The notes beneath the pieces were generated by a model. That model worked only from the letters and a program-made list of their open reading frames with translations. It was not told where the DNA came from and did not search any database. From positions 49,168,001 to 49,232,000 of the forward strand of contig NC_087447.1 in assembly GCF_036321535.1 (NCBI RefSeq): DNA of 64,000 bases, read 5' to 3'. Each line of letters opens with the position of its first letter. Position 1 is the stretch's first letter. Below are positions 39,497-50,530 of this stretch, piece by piece. The position numbers and the translations under genes were made by a program. The DNA is from Camelus dromedarius. Taxonomy: Eukaryota.

Positions 39497-41019
39497 AAAG
39501 ACATTAAGCAAAGAATCACATAATTATTTAATTTCAGTTAAGTGCTAAGAACTTATGCTGATCCCCTTTTCCATGTCCCATATGGTCCTTTTGGAGATAT
39601 TAGATCTCTTAAACCAGGCCCCTAAGCTCCTTTCTCTTTTGGCATTTGCTTTAAATTTTGAAAAAGTGACATCTTTGTCACCACGTTGCTAGGGAGAGCT
39701 GATTTCTCTGAGGTTTACAGCAACATGCTGTCTTCCCATCATAATTATTAACCAGGGAATGGCTCCTTTCTCTCTTATTTGCTTGGTGTAGTGATTCTGC
39801 CTGTCTGAACTGTTAATGGATTCTCCCACAGTTGGCCAGCAACAGAGAATCCAAGACAGTATCTGTGTTACTCCATTGAACCTGCCTCCCTACTGACCGC
39901 TGCAGCTCAGCAGGTGCTCCTGTTTTGCATGCCCACTAGCCAGCAGGCTTCCCTACTCCCTGGTCATTGCTTGGGAAGCATTTTGGAAGGAAAGGAACTG
40001 GAGATCTGCTTGCAATAGCTGCTCCCAGACAAAAGAACCCCTCCCAGAGGAATCAGGAGGGAGTGTTTTCAACCCACAGATTGGGGGGTTTTAACAGAGA
40101 AATACTGATTCACCCTCCACTTTATATGTGTCCCTTGGACTAAGCAATCCCCCAGGCAAGTCCATATTGATATTGGTATTCCTGCCTCATTGATCCTGAT
40201 GAGTCCATGAGCAGTAGCCCCACGATTTTCCTAGAATCATCTGTAATTTCTTTCTCTTCTCAAAACACCTTTTAAGCATAAAACCACTAATGTAAAAGTT
40301 GGAAACAACTTTTTTTATTTTCAAATCTAACCAATTTTCCTCCTGAAGGCCAGAGACTGAGCAGAGAAAGGGCAGGACCTTTCCCTAGTGCCACAGGCAC
40401 TGGACGCAGAGCCACCACCAGAACTCAGGTCTTTTATTCCCAGGACAAGACTCTTTCTTCTATGCCATGTTTTCTGGAGAATCCAGAAGTTCAGGTTTTC
40501 AGGGAAGAAAATATTAAGGCCAAAGTTTTCTGTTTCCCTTTCTGTCTTTTCACTGATAACATCAGACAAATTATATTTCAGTTTTTTATCTGAGTCTCTA
40601 TATGGTGAGTACTAACTGGTATCTGGCAATGCAAATCTTCCTTCACTGAACATTGAAATAATGTTCTAGAAGTCAGACTCCAGGACCTAGCAAAAGGATG
40701 AAGCTGCTCTGCTCTGCCCTGGACATTCTGCTCTCAGAGAGGCAGTCATGGCTGCCAGTCCCGGGTGAGGCAGAGCCGGGGATTTGATTGGCAGAAACAC
40801 AGAGCATCAAAGCCAGAGGGACCCTAAAGGAGCCATCAAGTCAGTTGCTCCTCCTGCCTCCCCTGTCCCACTGCTTTGCAGATGAAGGTAGGGATGCTGA
40901 GACTCTGACGGAGAGACGGTACGTGGCTTTTCACTGCCAGGCAGTGCTGGACTAGAGAACAGGTGGACCAGGTATGGGTATGTGCTGGGTCACCAGCCAA
41001 GCAGAGGTACCAAAAGTAG

Positions 41020-41665
41020 TTTCTGAAAGAATTTAACATTTGTTCTTTCAAAACACCATTCAACCAACTCATGACAGGAAATATCCAAAATTTGGCTGGA
41101 CTTCTCTTACACTTATTTTTACAGGTTAGAGTTCTTGTTTTGCTTTGGATTACACACTACATCTGGGTGATGCAGCCCTGTGCTTAGGACCTAAAGGGTC
41201 CTGTTTCCCAAGGCCCAAAAATTGCCCCAGTAGATCCTCCCAGTTGGGATTGTCTACGAGCCGGTTACAGTGCTGGTGGGGACAGAAAAGAACAGAAAAA
41301 CCAATCACTGAGTGTCCAACCTCATGCTACACTTCGTGAACATCATCTCCTCCCATAATCCAATACTGCCAGGGAGTGGTTATGCCTGTTAAACAAATGA
41401 GAAGCTGAGGGTTGGAGAAGGATTGTCCTTGTTCAAGACCACGACTGATGAGAGCAGAGGTTGTTCAGGAGCCAGTCTACTATAAAGGATCCCTGCCTGG
41501 CAAGCAGAAATCCTGGCTTTGAGACCAGCTCTGCCACTTGCTTGCTGTAACTTTGGGCCTCTGAGCCTTGGTTTTCTCCTCGGTGCAGTGGGGGGTTTGG
41601 AGAAAAAGATCTCTGAGGGGTTTATAATTTGATGAGCCCTTTTCTGAGTGTCTCCTCTGTGTCCA
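41020..41665. repeat. Paralogous intronic segment, copy 1 (copy 2 at 52983-53590)
   Basis: Shared blocks include tctacgagcc(g/a)gttacagtgctggtgggggaca, gggagtggttatgcc, gagagcagaggttgttc(a/t)ggagccag and ccctgcctggcaa. Both copies include the same MIR-like relic. Confidence 0.85.
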
Positions 41666-42288
41666 GCAGAGCGGATGTCACAGGGTCCATGCCCCAAAGG
41701 AGAGGGTGAGGGCTCTCCCACCTAGAGAGCTCCTGCTGCCAGCCAAGTGCTTTACCTTCATCCTGTCCTGTGAGTCTTGGTGGTCAAGTGTGTGCACTTG
41801 TGAGTCATAAAGGACTGGATTCCAGTTCCAGCTCCTGCCTGCAATTGTGTCACCTTGGGCAAGTCACTTTCCCCTCCCTGAGCTCGTTTCCCTTAGCTGT
41901 GACCCGCTGGGGTTGTTGTGAGTCCTTATGGAGAGAATGCTTAGGCAATGCTACACAAGAGCCTGGAACAGGTAAGCGCTCAAAGTTTGCTAATGTTTCC
42001 AGTGGTTACTGTTGTCTTCAGCCTGGCTTTACTGTGGGAGGAAACGGTTTGATGAGATGATGATTTGAATTCTACCTGTGAGTATACCCACTTGCCTGGA
42101 CCTGCCAAGGTGTGTGGTCCAATGTCCCACAGCCCACGTTTGCACATCCAACCTGGATTCTGGGCACCTGCCTCTTGTGCACACCCAGTCAGTCTTCCTG
42201 ATCCCTGGCCTGGGTTTATAGGCCCTGGCTTCTCTGCCCCTGTCTTCCTACCCCTTGTTTTATCTGCCTGTCTCCATCCCTAGTCCAG

Positions 42289-42605
42289 CTCACCTGTTAA
42301 GCCAGGCCCACACTGCTGTTTCCTGTGGTATCTCCATGTGAGGAGTTGTTGGACGCTGAGCCATGGTCTATTAAACCCTCAGCTCCCTCCTTTCAGGCAG
42401 GCCTTCTGGGGTGTTTTCCTTGGGAAGGTGTTCCCTTGGGGACCCACCATTGCTCAGGGATCAACTCCCCAACATTTCCTAGAGCATATATGAGGAGTAC
42501 AGGTAGGATTTGTCCCTAGGCTTTGCTAATAATGAGAAGAACATTATTAACAGCTCTCAGGGGCTTAGGACTTTATATCAATGGTGTAACCTTCATTCTC
42601 ATTAT
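42289..42605 (-). promoter_or_regulatory. Putative promoter and non-coding exon 1 of the 38-39 kb OR pseudogene
   Basis: Donor CAG|GTGAG (GT at 42293-42292), O/E-like TTCCTTGGGA 42416-42425 and TCCCTTGGGG 42432-42441, TAATGA 42530-42535, TCATTA 42599-42604. Aligns by eye with 53960-54240. Confidence 0.55.
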
Positions 42606-44089
42606 GAGTTTGACTGAGATCCATGGATGGATCATCTTGTCTACCTGATTTTGCCGACCCTTGCTGATTTTGGAGTGCTCTTTCTACTACGGGTGCCCTT
42701 GGGTAAATAGTCACGTGGGACACAAATATCTTCACGATTCATGACCATTCTGAGAAGTCTATCACCTTAACTCTTCTCAAGACTTTCTGTTCACTAATCC
42801 TCTTATCTTGTTCTAAGTTCCTTCATATCCCAGCAAAGGCTTTAGCTGTTTCTCATAAACTTGTATAAATTCATACTTCTTTCTACTTTACCTCCCAGGT
42901 GAGATGAACCTACCAGGTAGAAAACCAGGTGCACTGCCAAAGGTTCTGCCCACTGACAGGATTTACCTTCATGTTGATCCTTCAGGGCCCTCCCGAATGG
43001 GCTATAATGCAACAGCAGTCCACTTTTGGGTGGTCCCAGCATATTTTGAAGAACTATTTGTGAATTAGGCCTGAATTTTTTTCTCCTTGAGGGAGTTGAT
43101 TATAGGCAATTTCCCATGAGGTCATAAGTTAGAGTTGATGAGAAGGTATCAATATAGTAAGACTGCACATCATGGGAGTCTGGGCCACCCACTCATGTAA
43201 CTGCCTTGTGCCTTCAAGATCTGCTTAAACTAATATAACATTTATTATTTTACTTCCATTCAATAGTTGGATGTTTCTGTACATATCCAATTTTTTATTT
43301 TGTTTGTTCAAATTAGTACCCAATTACAAGGGTCAGCTCAGGACCACAGTCATTTAGTGTTCCTTGTCAGGCATTCAGTCTGCACCAGAGTAAGGAACTG
43401 TTTCTCAAAAAGAGAATAGTTATCTACAGAAAAAAAAAGTTCACTCTAAAACCCCACTGTGTTTCTCCTATTAATAGTGTGAAAACTCAAAAACTCAAAG
43501 AGGACTTTTAAGTTTTGTCTATGACAGAGTACCTTCTTTGCAACTAACCTTTTTGCCAAAAACAACTGTAAAATTTGGACAAAATGTGTAAAACAATTGT
43601 TTGGAGGCTTCAGAGAGCAATCAATAGCAGGTCTTGAAGGACTGTGATCCTTGAGAGAAGGAAGTCTTGTGAGGTAATTTCCACATGACCCCAGGTTTTA
43701 CCTGAGGGCATTTCCCAATTTGCAGGACTGGAGAATAGAGCTCAGTTAGAAAACTGAGTCCTACTAGTCTGAGGAGATACACGTTGGAATTTGGGTTACC
43801 AAAGGAACTGGAAATTACGGGGCAAAATCCTGGAGAGGACAGTACTACAGAGAAAGAACTTCAAAATCTGTGCACAGATTCCTTTCAAGTCAGTGACAAG
43901 CTCCTAAGGTGTGCATGTACAGGGAGAGACTTAGAGAACCCAGAAGAATACACAACTGGGAGGCTTCCGAGCTGCAGAAAGATTTTAGCAGCCACAGGAT
44001 GTTGGAGAGTCAGAGGGTAGAATTCAAGCCCTGTCCAAGTGAATGGGCCTTAGTAAGTCTTCCAGGATTTAGGAAGTCTCATTGGAAGT

Positions 44090-46800
44090 GAAAAACACAT
44101 TTTGAATTGAATAAAAAGGAAAATACAACATATCAAACTTTGTAGGAAATTGCTAAAGCAGTAGCTAGAGAGAAATTTATAGAGTTTAATACTTATATTG
44201 GAAAAGAAGAAGACTCATATCAACAATCTAATCTTCCACATTAAGAAAAAGAAGGTGAAATTGAGGCAGGAAGCCCCATGAAAAGACTGGCAGGACCCCC
44301 AAGCAGGGCCACTACTCTCCTGCCAGCATCATCCATTTCCCTGGCCCAGAGGCTCTATCTCACTTTTTGCCTCTGAAATGGCTTACTTACCCCTAAAATT
44401 CTATTGGGTCCCTGAGCTCACTTCTGATTGGTTGTTTCCTTCACTACTGATTGGTTTTTACTCTCACTTCTGATTGGTCCACTTCCGTAACTTCTGATTG
44501 GTCCATTTGTAGTACTTCATTTGCATGGAGCTCACTCCTGATTGGTTATTTCTCTCACTCCTGATTGGTCTATTTCTACAAAGCTTGTTCCTAGTTGGTC
44601 AACTTCTGTTATACTTTATTTGCATATGATGTTGCAAAGTGTAAGCTGGCAGCCTATAAATGCCTGTGTAAACCTACAGATGGGGTCCAGAGTTTGGAGT
44701 GTTAACTCCTCTGGTACTGCTGGTGTTAATAAACCTTTCTCCAACTCTCGGAGTGCTGCTTGGTCTCTCGCCTGAATCCAGGTTGCTGTCACAACTGAGC
44801 TGTAACACCGAGCTGTAACACATTTTTCCGCAACAAAATTAAACCCAAAGTATGTAAAAGAAAGAAAATTATAAATAGTAGAGCAGGAATCAATCCAATT
44901 GAAAACACAAAAACAGCTGAGAAGAATCAATGAAACTAAAAGCTGATTCTTTGAAAAATCAATAAAATTGATAAATCTATAGCCATACTGACCAAGAAAA
45001 AACTAGAAGACAAAATTACCAATATTGAATGAACTAAAGGACCTCACAGACATTAAAAGGATAGTAAGAAACTACTACAAACAACTTTAGGCCTATAAAT
45101 TCTACAATTTGGATGAAATGGACAAATTCCTCAATTGAGAGGCACAAACCAAAACCCATTCAAAAATAGATAACTGAAAAACTCCTATGTTTATTAAAGA
45201 AGTTGATTTTGTAGTAAAAAAAAAAATTCCTATAAGAAAATTCCAGACGCATGTGGTTTCATAGGAAAATTTTACTAAATATTTAAGGAAAAAATAATAT
45301 CAGTTCTACACAGTGTTTTTCAGAATATAGAAGAGAAGACTTCCCAATTCTTTTTATAAGGCCCGCCAGCATTAACTCAATATCAAAACTAAAGAAATTA
45401 AAAGAAAACTACAGATGAATACCCCTCATGAACGTTGATGCAGAAATCCCAAACAAAATATTCAAAAATAAAAACCCAGAAATATTTAAAGAAGTTAATA
45501 CATCATACCTAAGTAGAATTCATCCCAGGAATACAGAATTTGTTCAATGCTCAAAAACCAATGAATGAAGCCTACCATATTAACAGACTAACAGAAAAAT
45601 TGTACTTAAATATAAACCTAACAAGATATGTGCACAATCTGTAGGCTAAAAGCTACAAAACGTTGATGAGTAAAATCAAAATTCTAAATAAATAAAGAGA
45701 TATATCCATGTTGATGAATTGGAAGACTCAATATTGTTAAAATGTCAAATGTACCATTTGTGTAGATTCAACATAACCCCAGTGAAAACCCAGCAAGTTG
45801 GTTCCAAAATTTATATCAAAAAGCAAAGGAGCTAGAATAGCCTAAACAATTTTAAAAGAGAATAACAAAGAGAATTCACACTACCCAATTTCAACACTAA
45901 GTATAAAGTTATAGTAATCAAGATGGTGTAGTATTTGTGAAAGGATGGACATATATACCAATGGAACAGAATAGAGAGCCCAGAAATAGAAACAAATACA
46001 GTCAAATTATATTTGACAAAAGTGCAAAAGCAATTTAACAAATAAAGAATAGGCTTTATAAAAATGGTGCTGGAACAACTGGATGTCTATACGCCAAAAA
46101 ATTAAAAAAAAAAAAAAAACCTCAACCTAAATTTCACACCTTAAAATTTAACTCAAAATTGTTCATAGACTGAAGTGGAAAATATAAAACTAAAACTTGT
46201 AGGGGCTTCTTGTTTTCCGTAAGGCAAAATTTGCATAATCTTTGGCAATGAGTGTTTAGATATGATATTAAACAGTGTAATCTATAAAGGAAAAATTGGT
46301 GAATTGGACTTTATTGAAATTAAAAACCTTTTCTCTGCAAAAGACACTGTTCAGAGAACCCAGCCACCAACTAGGAGAAACTATTTTGATATCACATAAC
46401 TGATAAGGAACTTGTATCTAGAATATATAAACAACTCTTAAAATTCAATAGCAGGAAAATAAACATTCTAGTTAAAAATGGGCAACTGATCTGAACAAAG
46501 AAGATATATAGATGGAAAATGAGTATATGAAAGATGCTCAGCATCATTAGTCATAGGGAAATGCAAATAAATTAAATTACAGCCACAATGAGATAACACC
46601 GCGTACCTATTAGAATGGCTAAAACTAGAAAACAACAATAACCAGGTAGTAGTAAATGCTGACACTGATGCAGAACAACAGGGACTCTCATTCATTGCTG
46701 GTGGGAATGCAAAATGGTATAGTCACTTTGGTAAACAGTTCATCTGTTTCTTATTACGCTAACAGTGCACTAACAATACACCCAACAAAACCAGTCCTAG
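44090..46800 (+). mobile_element. Degenerate L1 ORF2 (interrupted by the LTR)
   Basis: Typical L1 sense text: aagaatcaatgaaactaaaagctgattctttgaaaa, ggaagactcaatattgttaaaatgtca, caatggaacagaatagagagcccagaaataga, ctcattcattgctggtgggaatgcaaaatggta. Confidence 0.9.
44262..44835 (+). mobile_element. Solo ERV LTR with CCAAT-box array, inserted in L1
   Basis: TG...CA ends with TSD aaat (44258-44261, 44836-44839), TATAAA 44655-44660, AATAAA 44728-44733, six CTGATTGG motifs. Confidence 0.9.
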
Positions 46801-46974
46801 TCCAATATAATTAATAAATTATATTGATGTCATTTACCCATCAATATGATGTGGCAAGAAGGGCGTATTACCTCAATCAAGCCAAAAATTCATAACCTCA
46901 GTCCATTAATGATAAAAATGTCAGACATTCCAAATTGAGGAATATCCTACAAAATACCTGACTATTGCTCTTTT

Positions 46975-47460
46975 TAAAAAATTAGTAAACTTTATTTTTT
47001 AGTGCAGTTTCAGATTCACTGCAGAATTGAAGGGGAATTCTCATATATTCCCTGTCCATCGTCCCAACTCTCCCCTGCACCCAACTTACCCTCCCATGAC
47101 ATCCTGCACTCCAGTGGTACATTTGTTGTAATCCATGAACCTATATAACACAACAGTATCACTCAAAGTCCATAGTTTACATTAGGGCTCACTCTTGGTG
47201 TTGTACATTCTCTGAATTTGGATTAATGTATAACAACATGTATCTACTATTATATTATTATACAGAATAGTTTCATTGCCCTAAAAATCCTCTTGTGCTC
47301 TGCCAATTCATTCCTCCCCTGTCCTAACCCCTGACAACCACTGATCTTTACTATCTTCATTGTTTTGCCTTTTCCAGAATGTCATACAGTTGGAATCATA
47401 CAGTATGCAGCCTTTACAGATTGACTTCTTTTACTTAATAATATGCATTTAAATTTACTA
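46975..47460 (-). mobile_element. L1MA/MB-type 3' end
   Basis: aaagtccatagtttacattagggctcactcttggtgttgtacattct and ttttgccttttccagaatgtcata are characteristic antisense L1M 3'-end text. Confidence 0.75.
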
Positions 47461-47749
47461 TTTCTTCAAAATTAACAAGGTCATGAAAGACAAGGAAAGA
47501 CCAGGTCACTGTCAGTCAACCAAGGAGACATGATAATTAAATGAAAGGTGGTATCCTAAATTAGATCCTAGAATGGAAGAAGGATATTGGTGGAAAACCT
47601 GGAGAAATTTGAATAAACCTTGCAGTTTAAGTATTTATCAATGTTAGTTTCTTAGTTTTGATAAATGTACCATGGTAATGTAAGATGTTAAAATTAGAGG
47701 AATCTGGATGAAAGATAAATGGAAACTATATTTCTAAAAAATTTTTAAA

Positions 47750-48075
47750 TTAAAAAAAATTTTATTGAAGTGTAGCTGATTTGCAATGTTAGTTTCAGGT
47801 GTACAGCAAAGTGATCCAGTTATACATATACATACATACATATTTTTTTCTTTTCAGATTCTTTTCCATTAATTGTTATTACCAAAAATTGAATACAGTT
47901 CCCTGTGCTATACAGTAGGTCCTTGTTCTTTATCTATTTTATATATAGTAGTATGTATCTGTTAATCACAAACTCCTAATTTATCCCTCCCCTACTCTTT
48001 CTCCTTTGGTAACCATAGTTTGTTTCCTATGTCTGTGAGTCTGTTTTTGGTTTGTAAATAGAATTTGTATCATTT
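47750..48075 (-). mobile_element. Lineage-specific L1 3' UTR
   Basis: Same family as 13148-13886 and 59167-59801 (ttgaagtgtagctgatttgcaatgtt...agttccctgtgctatacag). Confidence 0.85.
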
Positions 48076-49475
48076 TAACTCTGTACTATTTTTGCAGCTC
48101 TCTGTAAGTATAAAATTGTCTCAAAGTGAAATATTTCAAATGGCAATGGTTATAGAAATATCTAATTTAAATCTAATTTATTTTAAGTAAGCAAAATTAT
48201 AACTTTTTTAAAAGACGTCTCAATGTAGCTTAAGTTGTTATGTTGTGTTGGATTTTTCTTGTTTTTATGTTATGTCCCCCTTAGGATGTAGTTAAAGTAT
48301 TGTTTTAAAGTCACTTACAGTAAATTTTCTTCATGGTCATGTCATTAATTTAATAGACATCCAGGGTCAAGTGTTTATTTAAAATAGGGGGGAATTGTGG
48401 TTATTTTCTCTTTGAATTATTTTAATTATGTAAAACTACATACTTTTAAAGTCAGACTGTACTTTTAAGTTCATCTTGCTTCCATTTTTGTCCCTTCTAC
48501 TTTGTTCTCTCTCTCTCCTTATATAAGGGTAACCATCTTTGTTAATTCAGAGGTTTAATCCTTCTAGGTTTTTCTGGAATTTTAGGCAAATTATCTCTTT
48601 TCTTACGAAAAGGTTGTTCTGTAGCTTGCTTTTCTCACTTAGCATAACCTAGATGACACCATATCAGTATATAGAGATCTTCATCACTTCCTTTTTATAG
48701 CTGCATTGTACTTTTTTATAGTTTCTTCAACCAGTCCCCTGTTGATGAATGAGTAGCCTAATGAATTATTGCCAGTGTATCTTTGAGACAGATTTCTAGA
48801 AATGAGATTGTGGGCCAAAGTGTAAATGCAACTACACTTTTGGTGAGTACTGCAGTAGTGCTCTACCAATTTGTACCCTCCCAAGCAACTTATGAGAGTT
48901 CTGACTTTCTGCATGCATGTTGCCAAATACTGGATTTTTCCTAATCTGATTATGTGAAAAAAATGGCATTTTGGTGTAGTTTTAATTTGTGTTCTTTTTA
49001 TACAGTAGACTGGAATACTTCTTCATTATTTAAAGACTGTTGCATCTTTTTTGTAATCTGTCTTTTCACATATTTTGCCCATTTTTACATTGGAATGTTA
49101 GATTTTTGTTCTAAAATTTTAGGAGCTCTTTATCTGTTTTGGACATTTGCCCTTTCTCTGTGATGTAAGTCTTTTCTTTTTTGACTTTGCTTATAAAGAC
49201 TTTTTGCCATGAAGATTTTTTTTTTTAGAAAAACCTTCTCGAATTATGAAGTAGTGAAATCCTTATATGACAACTCAAGATATCGTATAAAGATTAACAT
49301 TATTTCATTGCACCAAGGGAAAGCTCTGGACTAAAATATGACAACCACTGTTATAGCCATCTGCTCCACTGAATTTTCTTTTATCATTCTATAGTCATTA
49401 ATTTATTTATTTAAGAATATTTATGGAGTTCCTGATCTGTGCTGGGCACAATCCTGAGAGCATAATTAGCTGCAT

Positions 49476-50447
49476 CTAAAGGTCAAGGGCTCCTACCCCA
49501 GACTGGGTCTTGAGACATGTGATTTTGGTAATGGCTGCCTTGACATCCTTGTTTCTTAGAGTGTAAATGAGAGGATTGAGGATTGGTGTGAGAATAGCAT
49601 ATACTACGTTGCCCATGACGTGGAAGTCAAGGGGCAGGTCCGCCCTATAGGCCACGTAGGCTATGGCAATGGAGGAGTAGTAGGTGCCAACCACCAGCAG
49701 GTGGGAGCTGCACGTGGAGAAGGCTTTTGAGCGTCCTTCTCGGGAGCTGATGCAAAGCACCGAGGCCAGGATGTGGGCATAGGAGAGAAGCACCAGGAGA
49801 AGGGGCAGGAAGGACACCACCATGGCGATGCAAAAGCCCATGAGGGTCTGGGGTGTGGTGTCAGAGCAGGAGGCCTGAACTAGAGACAGATGATCACAGA
49901 AGCAATGGTAGATACGAGCAATGTTGTCATATGCCATCTGGGAGGTCTTCACTACTGCTGGGATGGGCAGGAGGAGGGCAGTTAACCAGGCACTGGCTGC
50001 CAGTGCAGCATTGGTCTGTGGGGTCATATGGACAGGGTAGTGCAGTGGGCGGCAGATAGCCACATAGCGGTCATAGGCCATGACCACGAGGATGAAGGCT
50101 TCTGAGCATGTAAAGCTTTGGAAGAGGTACATCTGCAATAAGCAGGAAGTAAAGCTGAGAAAGTGGTCCCCAAGCAAGAACAGGGACAGCATCTTGGGGA
50201 CAGTGGTTGTGGTGAAGAGGATGTCCAGGGCAGAGAGGTTGATCAGGAAGAAGTACATGGGTTTGTGGAGGCTGGGCTCTGCCACCACAGACACCAGGAT
50301 CAGGGCGTTACCCATAAGGATGAGAAGATAGAAGAGGAGAAAGATAAAAAACACAGGGAGGAAGAAGGACTCTGGCAGAGAGGGGATGCCCACCAGATAG
50401 AAGACTGGTGAGCCACCTACTGATCCATTACATGTTGTGGCCTCCAT
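49476..50447 (-). CDS. OR2AT4: Olfactory receptor 2AT4 orthologue, intact single-exon 323-aa 7TM GPCR
   Basis: Uninterrupted ORF with all OR motifs (N-glycosylation site NGS, LHKPMYFFL, MAYDRYVAIC, KAFSTCSSHL, PILNPLIYTLRNKDVK). The N-terminus and TM1-TM3 (SPVFYL.GIPSLPE.FFLPVFFIFLLFYLLILMGNALIL; LLQMYLFQSFTCSEAF) match human OR2AT4 as I recall it. Confidence 0.93.
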   Translation of the reverse strand: MEATTCNGSVGGSPVFYLVGIPSLPESFFLPVFFIFLLFYLLILMGNALILVSVVAEPSLHKPMYFFLINLSALDILFTTTTVPKMLSLFLLGDHFLSFTSCLLQMYLFQSFTCSEAFILVVMAYDRYVAICRPLHYPVHMTPQTNAALAASAWLTALLLPIPAVVKTSQMAYDNIARIYHCFCDHLSLVQASCSDTTPQTLMGFCIAMVVSFLPLLLVLLSYAHILASVLCISSREGRSKAFSTCSSHLLVVGTYYSSIAIAYVAYRADLPLDFHVMGNVVYAILTPILNPLIYTLRNKDVKAAITKITCLKTQSGVGALDL

Positions 50448-50489
50448 AGTGAGACAGAGCTAGACTTCTGGCAGATGGGCAGCTGGAAC

Positions 50490-50530
50490 ATCTGGACACT
50501 GGAGTATCTGGAAACCACAGAAGCAAGGAT
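50490..50530 (-). other. Putative 3' splice acceptor(s) of the OR2AT4 coding exon
   Basis: The minus strand reads ccttgcttctgtggtttccAG|atactcc (AG at 50509-50508), with a second gtgtccAG|atgttcc 16 bp downstream. A homologous gtttccAG|atgttcc lies at 62906-62905 before the third OR. Confidence 0.55.

Noticed and set aside
44400..44600. Regularly spaced short repeats superficially like a CRISPR array
   Set aside because: Eukaryotic context, 8-bp cores with related spacers inside an LTR bounded by TG..CA and a TSD, and no cas genes.
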